From: Myxococcota bacterium
GTDB taxonomy: Bacteria; Myxococcota_A; UBA9160; UBA6930
Reading direction: 5' to 3'
Assembly (NCBI GenBank): GCA_965223705.1
Contig: OZ245015.1
Location: 1,984,001-2,048,000 of the forward strand
DNA length: 64,000 nucleotides
Below, piece by piece: positions 48,625 to 59,880 of the stretch. How positions within the stretch are numbered: the stretch's first letter is position 1; each line of letters opens with the position of its first letter. Position numbers and translations under genes: made by a program. Under the pieces are notes generated by a model. That model saw only the letters and a list, made by a program, of their open reading frames with translations. It ran no database searches and had not been told where the DNA came from.

Positions 48625-50821
48625 CACCGTCGGACAGGCCGCGGATCGGTGACGGGGCGGTCTGCCTGAAGGCGCCGACACCGGCGCGGTCGAATTCCCG
48701 CGTGTTGCCGACACCGGCCCGGTCGATCTCCCGCGTGTTGCCGACACCGGCCCGGTCGATCTCCCGCGTGTTGCCGACACCGGCCCGGTCGATCTCCCGC
48801 ACGGCGCGAATGATGCGATCTTGATCGGCGGGTGAGACCGACGGTCCGATCGGCAATGAAAGCGTTTCCGCTCCCGCCCGCTCGGCGATGGGATAGCGGC
48901 CTTCGCGGTCGGGAAAGCGCTCGCGGTAGTAGGGCTGCTGGTGAATCGGGTGATAGTGGATCGACGCTCCGATCCCCTCACCTCGAAAGCGTTCGATGAC
49001 AGCGTCGCGATCGAGTCCGCGCACCCGCACGGTGAACAGATGATACGCGCTTCGGCCTTCGGGGGCGGTGAGCGGTGCGAAGTGTCGGCACGCGCGCAGC
49101 TCTCTTCGGTAGCGAAGCGCCTGGTGGTTCCGCAGGTCGGTAAACGCTTCGAGGCGGGCGAGCTGCGCTCGACCGAGCGCGGCCTGAAGGTCGGTCATGT
49201 TGTACTTGAAGCCGAGGCGCTGCATGCGACTGCGCAGGAGCTTGCGGCTGCCAAAACGCTTCCAGGCGTCGGTCGAGAGTCCGTGCAGCCTCAAGCTCCG
49301 TACGAGCTCTGCGCGCTCAGAGTCCCGTGTCGCGAACATGCCGCCTTCGCAGCTCGTGATGTTCTTGTTGGGATAGAAGCTGAAGCAGGCGTCATGCGCG
49401 CCGCCGCCGACGGCGACACCATCGACAAAGCGGGAGCCGATCGCGTGCGCCGCGTCCTCGATGATCGGTAGCCCGTGCGCGCTCGCCACCTCGGATAGCC
49501 CCGCTATGTCGCAGGGGGTGCCGCCGAAGTGCACCGGTAGGATCGCGCGCGTACGCGACGTCACCTGCGCGGCGACGGCGATCGGGTCGACGTTCAGTGA
49601 GTCTTCGGAAACGTCGGCGAACACCGGGGTCGCTCCCGTGTAAAGGACGGCGTTCGCCGTGGCGACGAAGCTCATCGGCGTGGTGATCACTTCGTCGCCG
49701 GGCCCGATGCCGTGGCTCAAAAGCGCCAGGTGGAGAGCGGCGGTGCACGACGACACGGCCACCGCGAGAGGAGCTCCTACCGCCTCGGCGAACTCCCGTT
49801 CGAAACGGGCGACTTCAGGGCCCGTTCCGATCCAGCGAGAGGCCAGGGTGGCGTCGACGGCGCTCCGTTCGGCCGCACCGATGTCGGGCACGCCGAAGGC
49901 GATGAAGTCGTTCGCCTTCCGAGCGGGCGCGGCCGCTCGAGCGTGCGTCTCGAGCCGGTCGCCGGCCGTCCAGCCCAGCCGGTGAGCGAGCGCGCCGCCG
50001 CGCAGTCGGAGCCCGTCGATCGACACCTCGTCGAGACGCAGCGCGTCTTTGCCACAACGGACGAGGAGCTGTGCCGCGCGTACGTCGAGTGCTCCCGGCG
50101 AAGCGTCGGGGTCTCCCTGCCAAAGCGCGAAACGCGCCTCGAGGATCGAGAAAGCCACCTGACGACAACACGAGGCGAGCCCGTCCCCGAGCGGCCCGGC
50201 GTGCGCCCGCGTCAGCCGCTCGAGCGTCGTGGCGGAAAGCTCGGGATCGAACCGTCGAGAGGGCTCCGCTCGTACACCGTCGGGAGCGTCGTTCACGGAT
50301 TCGAAAGCTCCGTTGCGCGCGTGCGTCACCGCGTCTGCGACGGCGTGGAGAAAGAGCTCGGAAACGTCGGTCCCCGGATGAAAGCGCCGCGTGAGCTCGC
50401 TTGCCCGGTCCTTCCAACAGAGCGGAATACGTGCCGCCGCGCGGCCCGAGGCGACCGCTTCTCTCGCGGCGCGAAACGCGGGGCCGGCGAGGCCGCCGAG
50501 GTACAAACGGTCGGCCTTTTGGAACGCGCGCGCGAGCGCCGCTCGGGCGGTGTCGTACCAATCGCTCTCCTCGCCCAGGTCGAGAAAGAAGCGACACGGC
50601 CCGGCGCCACGGAGGAGCGCGATGGACTCCGGGGACATCGGATCCTCCGGCGCGAACGTGCGCCAGGCGTTCGGCGCGGTCTCGCCCTCCGGGATGACGG
50701 CGAAGACGTGTTGCCAGCCGCGCTGGCGAAGGTCGTTCGCCACGATGTCTGCGACGCGAGACGAGGCGAGAAGGACGAGTTGTGAAATACCTGCGCTCCA
50801 ACTCCGAGACTCTTCCCTCAT
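48605..50821 (-). CDS. DegT/DnrJ/ArnB family PLP aminotransferase with N-terminal formyltransferase-like extension
   Basis: C-terminal half has VSSCTAALHL, ILPVHFGG, IEDAAHA.G, FSFYPNKNITSCEGG, GFKYNMTD. N-terminal extension of about 300 aa. Start ATG 50821 or GTG 50860. Confidence 0.88.
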   Translation of the reverse strand: MREESRSWSAGISQLVLLASSRVADIVANDLRQRGWQHVFAVIPEGETAPNAWRTFAPEDPMSPESIALLRGAGPCRFFLDLGEESDWYDTARAALARAFQKADRLYLGGLAGPAFRAAREAVASGRAAARIPLCWKDRASELTRRFHPGTDVSELFLHAVADAVTHARNGAFESVNDAPDGVRAEPSRRFDPELSATTLERLTRAHAGPLGDGLASCCRQVAFSILEARFALWQGDPDASPGALDVRAAQLLVRCGKDALRLDEVSIDGLRLRGGALAHRLGWTAGDRLETHARAAAPARKANDFIAFGVPDIGAAERSAVDATLASRWIGTGPEVARFEREFAEAVGAPLAVAVSSCTAALHLALLSHGIGPGDEVITTPMSFVATANAVLYTGATPVFADVSEDSLNVDPIAVAAQVTSRTRAILPVHFGGTPCDIAGLSEVASAHGLPIIEDAAHAIGSRFVDGVAVGGGAHDACFSFYPNKNITSCEGGMFATRDSERAELVRSLRLHGLSTDAWKRFGSRKLLRSRMQRLGFKYNMTDLQAALGRAQLARLEAFTDLRNHQALRYRRELRACRHFAPLTAPEGRSAYHLFTVRVRGLDRDAVIERFRGEGIGASIHYHPIHQQPYYRERFPDREGRYPIAERAGAETLSLPIGPSVSPADQDRIIRAVREIDRAGVGNTREIDRAGVGNTREIDRAGVGNTREFDRAGVGAFRQTAPSPIRGLSDGVRRRGP
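48674..48800. repeat. 33-bp tandem repeat, about 3.85 copies, in frame (REIDRAGVGNT)
   Basis: Unit GCCGACACCGGCCCGGTCGATCTCCCGCGTGTT at 48674 (variant), 48707, 48740 and 48773 (partial). Confidence 0.97.
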
Positions 50822-50931
50822 CGGCGCAGGGCTGCAGCTCTTGAGCAACTTTCCGGGCACGGGCCCGTCTGCGCTGCGGGATGTCCGATCGCAGCCTCAA
50901 GCTCCTTGGATCGGCTCCCGATATCCGAGAG

Positions 50932-52185
50932 ATGCGAAAGCGCGTCCTGTACGTGGTGGAGACCCTGGCGGGGTGCGGCACCACGGATTGTGTCGGCGAT
51001 CTCGCGCGTCATCTCGATGCGCGGCGTTTCGCGCCGGCTGTGCTCGCGGTACGTACTCAGGCCGACGCCGAGTGGGCCGAGCGCGAGCAGGCGGGCTTGC
51101 GCGCGTTCGAAGCCGCGGGAATTCCCGCGTGGGTGCTCAACCTCAGCGCCGACCAGAGCTTCCGGCAAAAGACGCGGCCGCTGACGCGCTGGCTGCGCGA
51201 TCGCCGCCCGCACGTACTCCACGCCCACAGTCGCCCCGCGGATCTGTGGTGCGCGTGGTCGGGTCGCCGCGCGGGCGTTCCGGTCCGTCTCTACAGTCGC
51301 CAAGCCACGTACGGCGGACTCAGCCAAACGACGCGACTCCGCTATGCGTGGGCGGCGCGCAGTGGGTCCGGGGTGGTCGCCGTATCCGGCGCGGTGGGCC
51401 GCCACCTCCGGTCGCGAGAGTGGGCGCCGCCGGCGCGCGTGTTCTCCATCGCCGACGGCGTCGACTTTGACAAACTCGTCGTATCGGAACCGCGGGTCGA
51501 CGTTCGCGAGAAACTGGGACTCGACCCGGACACGCGCCTGGTCGGGTGCGTCGCCAGCTTGCAGCCGCGGAAAGGGCAGGCAATCCTGGTCGACGCGTGG
51601 CCGGAAGTGCGGCGTCGACAACCCGACGCGCGGTTGGTTCTCGTCGGAGCCGGCCCCGACGCTGCCAAGCTCGAGCAGCGAGCGCGTGCGACGGGCTGCG
51701 CGGACACGATTTGTTTCGCCGGATGGCGCGAGGACTACATCGACTTTCTCGATCAGTTCGATGTGGTCGCTCACCCGTCGCTTTGGGAAGGATTCAACTT
51801 GACGCTTCTGTCCGCGGCGGCCATGGGGCGGCCCATCGTCGCGACCCCGCTCGCGTCGAATCGCGAGATGTTGGGAGATGCGGGGTGCCGGTATCCCGAC
51901 CCGAGCGGCTTTCGCGATGAGTTCGATTCGCAGGACCCCGAGGCCTGGGCAACGGCGATTGTTTCGCTTCTTGAGGATTCCCGGGATGCGCGAAGACGAG
52001 GCCGAGAAGCGCAACGCCGCGTGCGTGCGCGCTTCAGCGCCGTCCTCGCCGCGCGCCGTCACGAAGCGCTCTACGAAGAGCTCCTGCGCCACGCGCGGGT
52101 ACACTGGACGGGCACTCCTCTGTACGGAGGCGCCCTGCGCTTTGCCGGAAGAAAACCCAGTGCCCGAGTCGGCGCGACCGGCTGA
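50932..52185 (+). CDS. Glycosyltransferase family 4 protein
   Basis: RVLYVV, HVLHAH, VAVS, RKG, EGF.L.LL.A.AMG.PIVAT. Alternative start at 50881. Confidence 0.9.
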   Translation: MRKRVLYVVETLAGCGTTDCVGDLARHLDARRFAPAVLAVRTQADAEWAEREQAGLRAFEAAGIPAWVLNLSADQSFRQKTRPLTRWLRDRRPHVLHAHSRPADLWCAWSGRRAGVPVRLYSRQATYGGLSQTTRLRYAWAARSGSGVVAVSGAVGRHLRSREWAPPARVFSIADGVDFDKLVVSEPRVDVREKLGLDPDTRLVGCVASLQPRKGQAILVDAWPEVRRRQPDARLVLVGAGPDAAKLEQRARATGCADTICFAGWREDYIDFLDQFDVVAHPSLWEGFNLTLLSAAAMGRPIVATPLASNREMLGDAGCRYPDPSGFRDEFDSQDPEAWATAIVSLLEDSRDARRRGREAQRRVRARFSAVLAARRHEALYEELLRHARVHWTGTPLYGGALRFAGRKPSARVGATG

Positions 52186-53212
52186 AGCGGATCGGCGAGC
52201 CGCAGGACGCGTCGCCCGAGAAGTCGCCACGCGATGCGAGCCGCTCCGCGACGTCGCAGGGCGCGTCGTCGTCGCCGTTTCGGGAGGCTGCGATTCGACG
52301 GTGCTCGCCCGGGCGCTGACCCATCACCGGCCTCCGTTCCCGAACTTGCGCCTGGCTCACGTTCACCACGGGTTGCGGGGCGCTCCAGCCGACGCGGATG
52401 CCGCCTTCGTGCGCGCTCTCGGCGAAAAGTGGAGTACCCCGGTCGAAGTCGTGAGGGTTGATCCCCTCAATCTTCGCGACGGCGGCTCTAGTCGCGCGCG
52501 ACCCACCGTCCAAGAAGCGGCACGCCAGCTGCGATACCGGAGCCTCTACGAAATCGCGGGCCGCGACGGCGTGGTTCTGACCGCGCACCACGCCGGCGAT
52601 CAGGCCGAAACGGTGCTGCTGCGCTTGTTTCGAGGGACCACGCCGGAAGGCCTTGCGGGGATCCCCAGGGTATCGCCGGATGGGCGAACCCACCGACCGC
52701 TCCTCGGTGTCTCAAGAGGGGACATCGAAGCCTACGCCCGTCACCACGGGGTCGAATTTCGGGAGGACTCGTCCAATCGCGATCCGAAGTACGCGCGCAA
52801 CGCGCTGCGCCACGAGTGGCTGCCCGGGCTCAGTGAGGCTTTCAACCCCCGACTCCTCAGGGCCCTGGGGCGCCTTGCCGATGCGCAACGTCAGGATGCG
52901 GACTGGATGGCGCGACAGGCTGCGGAGGTTTTCGCTCGGCGCGTCGTCGCGGACGGTGACGTCCGGACGATCGATCTGCGAGGCTGGTCGGCACTTCATC
53001 CGGCGGAAGCTCGCCGCGTGGTGGCCCTCTTGTTCGCCGACGTGGGGATGGGTCGCGATATTTCGCGTGTGCACATCGAGCGAGCGCTCGAATGCTTTTC
53101 CGGCGGACGCTCCGGCGCGGAATACGAGTTCCCCGGCGGCGTGCGCCTTCGGCGCGCCGCTGAGTGCGCATTGTGTTGGGTAATTCCGGTGTCGCGCGAG
53201 AGCGAGTGCTAG
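52160..53212 (+). CDS. tilS: tRNA(Ile)-lysidine synthase
   Basis: VAVSGGCDS, HVHHGLRG, EAAR.LRY, TAHH..DQAETVL.RL.RG, RPLL, EDSSN....Y.RN. Start approximate. Confidence 0.93.
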   Translation: MPESARPAEADRRAAGRVAREVATRCEPLRDVAGRVVVAVSGGCDSTVLARALTHHRPPFPNLRLAHVHHGLRGAPADADAAFVRALGEKWSTPVEVVRVDPLNLRDGGSSRARPTVQEAARQLRYRSLYEIAGRDGVVLTAHHAGDQAETVLLRLFRGTTPEGLAGIPRVSPDGRTHRPLLGVSRGDIEAYARHHGVEFREDSSNRDPKYARNALRHEWLPGLSEAFNPRLLRALGRLADAQRQDADWMARQAAEVFARRVVADGDVRTIDLRGWSALHPAEARRVVALLFADVGMGRDISRVHIERALECFSGGRSGAEYEFPGGVRLRRAAECALCWVIPVSRESEC

Positions 53213-53301
53213 GCTCGGTTCCTGGCGCGCGGCGACTGAACAGCGACCGTCACGTGGATAGCGAGACCGCTTTTCCCGACGGAGGAGGCCCGTAAGCGAC
53301 C

Positions 53302-55209
<1,908 letters not shown>

Positions 55210-55226
55210 GCGGGCGGGCGCAACGC

Positions 55227-56087
55227 ATGTCGCAGCATCCTGTCTTTCCCCGCGACGCGTTGAATTTGATGGGCGTGCTGAACCTGACGCCCGATTCGTT
55301 CTCGGACGGGGGGCAGCTTCTCGGTCCCGGCGAGACGCCGGATCGGGAGCGACTCCTGCGTCGGGCCGGAGCGCTGATCGACGCCGGCGCGACCGTCCTG
55401 GATCTCGGCGGCGAGTCGACGCGCCCGGGCGCTCACGAGATCGACACCGATCGCGAAGCGGCTCGGGTCGTCCCCGCTGTGGAAACCCTGGCGAAACGCT
55501 TCGACATTCCCCTGTCGATCGATACACGGCGGGCCCCGGTAGCGACCGCCGCACTCGATGCGGGCGCCTGCATCGTCAACGACGTGTCGGGGCTCAGGCA
55601 CGATCCCGCTCTGGCCGCGGTGGCTCGGCGAGCGCGCTGTCTGATCCTCGGGCACTTGCGCGGCGTCCCCGCGACGATGCAGCAAACCATCGCGTTTGAC
55701 GACGTCATCGGCGACGTCACGCGCGAGCTGCTCGAGTCGGCAGAACTCGCGAGCCGTGCCGGCATCTCCGAGGCGCAGTTGTGTTTCGATCCGGGAATCG
55801 GGTTCGGGAAGACCGAAGCGCACAACCTCGCGCTGCTCGCGAACTTGAACCAGATTCGCGCGCGGTTGCCCGAGGCTTCGGCGCTTCTCGTCGGGGTCTC
55901 TCGCAAGGGGTTCCTCGGAAAGCTCACCGGTGATCCGGCGCCGCAACGGGATCTCGCGAGTCACGTCGCCGCCGCTCTCGCTCTCTTTTCGGGAGCCGAC
56001 GCTGTGCGCGTCCACGACATCGCCGGCGCGCGCCGCGCATCACAGATCGCGTTGGCGCTCCGGGCTGCGAAGCGGGGGCCGTCGTGA
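55227..56087 (+). CDS. folP: Dihydropteroate synthase
   Basis: MGVLNLTPDSFSDGG, D.GGESTRPG, SIDT, NDVSG, DPGIGFGK, SRK, RVHD. Confidence 0.97.
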   Translation: MSQHPVFPRDALNLMGVLNLTPDSFSDGGQLLGPGETPDRERLLRRAGALIDAGATVLDLGGESTRPGAHEIDTDREAARVVPAVETLAKRFDIPLSIDTRRAPVATAALDAGACIVNDVSGLRHDPALAAVARRARCLILGHLRGVPATMQQTIAFDDVIGDVTRELLESAELASRAGISEAQLCFDPGIGFGKTEAHNLALLANLNQIRARLPEASALLVGVSRKGFLGKLTGDPAPQRDLASHVAAALALFSGADAVRVHDIAGARRASQIALALRAAKRGPS

Positions 56088-56986
56088 ACGAGCTACTGAC
56101 CTGGGGACAAGAACTCTGGTCGGAGCTCACCGTTTTCTTCCAGACGAACTACGACCCCGTGTGGGACACGCTCGATATCGCGTTCGTCGTGGTCGCCGTC
56201 TACTGGGTGATCTCCCTTCTGCGCGGAACCCGGGCGGTGCAGGTGGCCGCGGGTTTCCTCGCACTCATCGCGTTGCGCCTCGTTGCAGAGCTCGGTCAAC
56301 TGACGACCACGCTGTGGATTCTCGACGCGTTCCTCGGCTACGGCGTGTTCATCATCATCGTGCTGTTCGCGCCGGAGATCCGCCGCGCGCTCGCCCGCGT
56401 GGGTCGCGGGGTCTTCCTCGGGAAGGCCGCTCAAGAGGAGCTCCAGCACCTGGAAGAAGTCGTGCGAGCCGCTTCCGATATGGGCGAGCGCCGCACCGGA
56501 GCGCTGATCGTGATCGAGCGGGAGACCCGGCTCGAAGACCTCGTCGAAGTCGGGGTGACACTCGACGCGGCGCTCACCCGAGAGCTCCTCACGTCGATTT
56601 TTCAGCCCTCTTCACCGCTCCACGACGGCGCTGTGATTCTCCAGGGTGGCCGCGTCGCCTACGCCGGCTGCATTCTGCCGCTGACCCTGCGCACCGATCT
56701 CGCGCAGGATCTCGGCACGCGCCACCGCGCTGCGATCGGCCTCACCGAAGAGACGGACGCCGTGGCCGTGGTGGTCTCCGAGGAGCGCGGCACGTTCTCG
56801 GTGGCGGCTGCGGGGCAAATCGTGCGCGGGCTCGACGCGCCCCGGTTGCGCGAGCAGCTGCGCGAGTCCCTCGCGCGCGAGGGTGGCGCGAGTGACGCCA
56901 CGGAAGAGCCGGCCGCGACGGAAATCGTGGACGATCGCGTGGCGGCGGCCGAAGCGCCCTCGGGTGGCGCTTCTTCGGGGCGCTGA
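56084..56986 (+). CDS. cdaA: Diadenylate cyclase CdaA (DacA)
   Basis: Three N-terminal TM segments, PEIRRAL, GALIV, PLHDGA, GTRHRAA.G, VSEE.G. Confidence 0.96.
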   Translation: MNELLTWGQELWSELTVFFQTNYDPVWDTLDIAFVVVAVYWVISLLRGTRAVQVAAGFLALIALRLVAELGQLTTTLWILDAFLGYGVFIIIVLFAPEIRRALARVGRGVFLGKAAQEELQHLEEVVRAASDMGERRTGALIVIERETRLEDLVEVGVTLDAALTRELLTSIFQPSSPLHDGAVILQGGRVAYAGCILPLTLRTDLAQDLGTRHRAAIGLTEETDAVAVVVSEERGTFSVAAAGQIVRGLDAPRLREQLRESLAREGGASDATEEPAATEIVDDRVAAAEAPSGGASSGR

Positions 56987-57016
56987 CATGCTGTTGCTTC
57001 GTTCGAGGGCCCGCTG

Positions 57017-57721
57017 ATGTTCTTCATCCTGACGAACCTCCGTCTCAAGCTGCTCGCGTTGGTGGTGTCGGTCATGCTCTGGGGCGTTGCGAACACGTCC
57101 TCTTCGATCGAGCGCGGCTTCGATATCCCAGTCGTTCTGAAGGGAATTCCCGCCGACATGGTGGTGACGGGATTGTCGACGGACAACGTCAACGTTCGCG
57201 TGCTCGGGACGCGGGCGGAGCTCCGCAGCTTCAGCGGTGGCGACCGTGTCTACGAGATCGAGGTAGCGGGGGCCCAACCCGGGCTGACGACCCAAGAAGT
57301 CGACCTGACGGCGTTCGATTTGCCACGGGGCGCGCGGATCGTGAGCCGCTCACCCTCGAGAATCGATTTCAATCTGGCCCGTCGGGGGTCGCGAGCGGTG
57401 CGCGTGCGGGCGGATATCGTCGGAGAACCCGCCGAGGGCTACCAGCTCCGGGACGTTTCGATCGTACCGGCCGTGGTGCGGGTCGCCGGAGCGCGTTCGG
57501 AAGTGCTTCGGCTCCGCGAGGTCGTGACCGAAACGCTCGTGGTGGACGGAGCACGAGAGAGCTTTTCGCGCCCGGTGAGCTTGTCGCTCAACGAGCGGCA
57601 CGTGTGGCTTGAAAACCCCGTCGAGCTGCAGGTGTCGGTCACGATCGAGCCGATCCCGGTCGCCCTGCCAGAGCTTCCGATCGAGGGCGAGGCCGCGCCC
57701 GAGCCGGAGCAGGAGTCTTGA
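57017..57721 (+). CDS. cdaR: CdaR/YbbR-like regulator
   Basis: N..LKLLAL.....LW TM followed by beta-rich YbbR-like repeats. Lies between cdaA and glmM. Confidence 0.88.
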   Translation: MFFILTNLRLKLLALVVSVMLWGVANTSSSIERGFDIPVVLKGIPADMVVTGLSTDNVNVRVLGTRAELRSFSGGDRVYEIEVAGAQPGLTTQEVDLTAFDLPRGARIVSRSPSRIDFNLARRGSRAVRVRADIVGEPAEGYQLRDVSIVPAVVRVAGARSEVLRLREVVTETLVVDGARESFSRPVSLSLNERHVWLENPVELQVSVTIEPIPVALPELPIEGEAAPEPEQES

Positions 57722-57722
57722 A

Positions 57723-59093
57723 ATGACGAGAGGACCCGCGAGGTCGCTGTTCGGGACCGACGGGGTGCGCGGGACCGCGAACAAATACCCGATGACCGCA
57801 GAGACCGCTTTAGCGCTCGGTCAGGCGGTGGCACACGTGTTTCGGAGCGGAACCCGCGAACGCCGCATTCTGATCGGGAAGGACACCCGGCTCTCCGGCT
57901 ACATGTTTGAAGACGCTCTCGCGGCGGGCGTGTGCTCGATGGGTGGGAACGTGATTCAGGTCGGGCCGATGCCCACACCGGGGCTCGCTTTCCTCACGCG
58001 CGATATGCGTTGCGACGCCGGCATCATGATTTCGGCGAGCCACAATGCGTATCGCGACAACGGCATCAAGTTCTTCGCGCACGACGGCTTCAAGCTGCCC
58101 GACGAGATCGAGGCGCGCATGGAATCCCTGGTGTCGTCCGGCGAGTTGGATCAGCTTCGCGCGGATCCCGACGAGATCGGGAGTGCGCGCCGGATCGACG
58201 ACGCTGCGGGCCGCTACGTCGTGTTTCTCAAGAAGACCCTGCCCATCGACCTCACGCTGGAAGGGATCCGGATCGTCCTCGATTGTGCGAACGGTGCGGC
58301 CTACAAAGTCGGACCGACGGTTCTGCGGGAACTGGGCGCGGAGGTCTTCACCGTCGGCGTCGAGCCCGACGGACGCAACATCAACCACGATTGCGGCTCG
58401 CTCCATCCCGAGAAACTCATCGCGAAGGTCCGAGAGCTTCGGGCCGACGTCGGCGTGGCGCTCGATGGCGACGCCGACCGCGTGCTGATGGTCGACGAGA
58501 AGGGCGGGGTGATCGACGGCGACGCGCTGCTCGCGATGTCGGCCGCAGACCTCATGGCGCGTGGCGCGCTCCGCGGAGGCTCGGTGGTCGCCACCGTCAT
58601 GAGCAACCTTGGGCTCGAGCGCTTCCTGCAGAGCCTGGGGCTCGATCTCGTGCGCACGAAAGTCGGCGACCGCTACGTCGTCGAGGCGATGCGGGCCGGC
58701 AATTTCAACCTCGGCGGCGAACAGTCGGGTCACATCATCTTCCTCGATCACAACAGCACCGGCGACGGATTGCTGACCGCGCTCCAGGCGCTCGCGATCG
58801 TACGTCGGGCGGAGCGACCTCTCTCCGAGCTGGTCCAGGGCATCGAGCGGTTTCCCCAAACCCTCTTGAACGTCCGAGTGAAGCAGAAGCGACCGCTCGA
58901 GGAGCTCTCGTCCGTGACGGAACTCGTGCGCAAAGTCGAAAAAGAGCTCGAGTGTCGGGGCCGGGTGTTGATCCGCTACAGCGGCACGGAGCCCCTGGCG
59001 CGGGTGATGGTCGAAGGCGATGATGAGGACCGGGTGAACGACTACGCGGAATCCTTGGCCGGCGAGCTTCGGCGCGCACTGGGGGCGGGGTGA
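57723..59093 (+). CDS. glmM: Phosphoglucosamine mutase
   Basis: FGTDGVRG, GKDTRLSGY, ISASHN, DGDADR, GGEQSGH, RYSGTEP..RVMVE. Confidence 0.98.
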   Translation: MTRGPARSLFGTDGVRGTANKYPMTAETALALGQAVAHVFRSGTRERRILIGKDTRLSGYMFEDALAAGVCSMGGNVIQVGPMPTPGLAFLTRDMRCDAGIMISASHNAYRDNGIKFFAHDGFKLPDEIEARMESLVSSGELDQLRADPDEIGSARRIDDAAGRYVVFLKKTLPIDLTLEGIRIVLDCANGAAYKVGPTVLRELGAEVFTVGVEPDGRNINHDCGSLHPEKLIAKVRELRADVGVALDGDADRVLMVDEKGGVIDGDALLAMSAADLMARGALRGGSVVATVMSNLGLERFLQSLGLDLVRTKVGDRYVVEAMRAGNFNLGGEQSGHIIFLDHNSTGDGLLTALQALAIVRRAERPLSELVQGIERFPQTLLNVRVKQKRPLEELSSVTELVRKVEKELECRGRVLIRYSGTEPLARVMVEGDDEDRVNDYAESLAGELRRALGAG

Positions 59094-59118
59094 TCCGTCC
59101 CGCGGCATTGGAGGTGGG

Positions 59119-59859
59119 GTGATCCGGTTCTCTGTTTCGGTCTCCCTCGACTCCGCGTTACCCCTTTTGGCCGGCGGCGCTGTCGACCTGCCGTCTGTGG
59201 CCACCCTCGCCAAGCTCGCGGGCGCCGCCGGTGTCCGCCTATCGGTGACCGAAGACCTCTTCCCGGTGAGCGAGAGCGATCTCCGCGACTTGCGTCGCAC
59301 GGGTTGTCCCATTGAGCTCTGCATCTCTCCGGTCCCGACGCTCGTCAAGGTGGCGCTCGAAGCGGCGCCGGAGCGCGTCATCCTGTGCGCTCCTCCGAGT
59401 CGGCCAGGGGAGCCCCCGAGACCTCTCGACTTCGATGCGTGGGGGCAGGCGCTGCCTCCCGCGATCCGAACGCTGCGCGAAAGCGGCACCCGGGTGACGG
59501 CCCTGTTGCGCCCGTCGCCCCAGGCGGTGAAGGCGGCCCACACCGTCGACTTGGGCTGCGTCGATCTGCATTCCGCTCCCGCGGTAGACGCGCAACGCGA
59601 CGCGGCGCTACTCGGAAGCGCTCGTGACAGCGGGAGGGGAGAGCTCGAACTCTTGAGTGACGCCTCACAGCTCGCGGCGAAACTCCGTATCGAGGTCAGT
59701 CTGTGCGGCGGACTCTCTTACGACAACATCGCTTCGCTCCCCGACTTGGTGCCGGCTGCGACGCACTACTGCGTTGGCCGAGCCTTCGTCGAGCGCGCGA
59801 TGCTGGTCGGGGTGGATCGCGCGGTTCGCGACCTCGCCCAACTGTCGTTGTCTTCCTGA
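59119..59859 (+). CDS. pdxJ: PdxJ (pyridoxine 5'-phosphate synthase)-like protein with degenerate active site
   Basis: Length and position after glmM match PdxJ. Residual motifs LAGA.G....ED....DL..LR, VDLHS, GL.Y.N, VG.A.V.RA..VG...AV. Catalytic residues are missing. Confidence 0.75.
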   Translation: MIRFSVSVSLDSALPLLAGGAVDLPSVATLAKLAGAAGVRLSVTEDLFPVSESDLRDLRRTGCPIELCISPVPTLVKVALEAAPERVILCAPPSRPGEPPRPLDFDAWGQALPPAIRTLRESGTRVTALLRPSPQAVKAAHTVDLGCVDLHSAPAVDAQRDAALLGSARDSGRGELELLSDASQLAAKLRIEVSLCGGLSYDNIASLPDLVPAATHYCVGRAFVERAMLVGVDRAVRDLAQLSLSS

Positions 59860-59880
59860 AGGCACGCGAAGAGAAGCGCG

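Noticed and set aside
48674..48800. Possible CRISPR array (33-bp repeats)
   Set aside because: The units are directly adjacent with no spacers, lie in frame within a CDS, and no cas genes are present.
43568..52185. Prophage or integrative element at the tRNA
   Set aside because: No integrase, phage genes or att-like duplication of the tRNA 3' end was found by eye.
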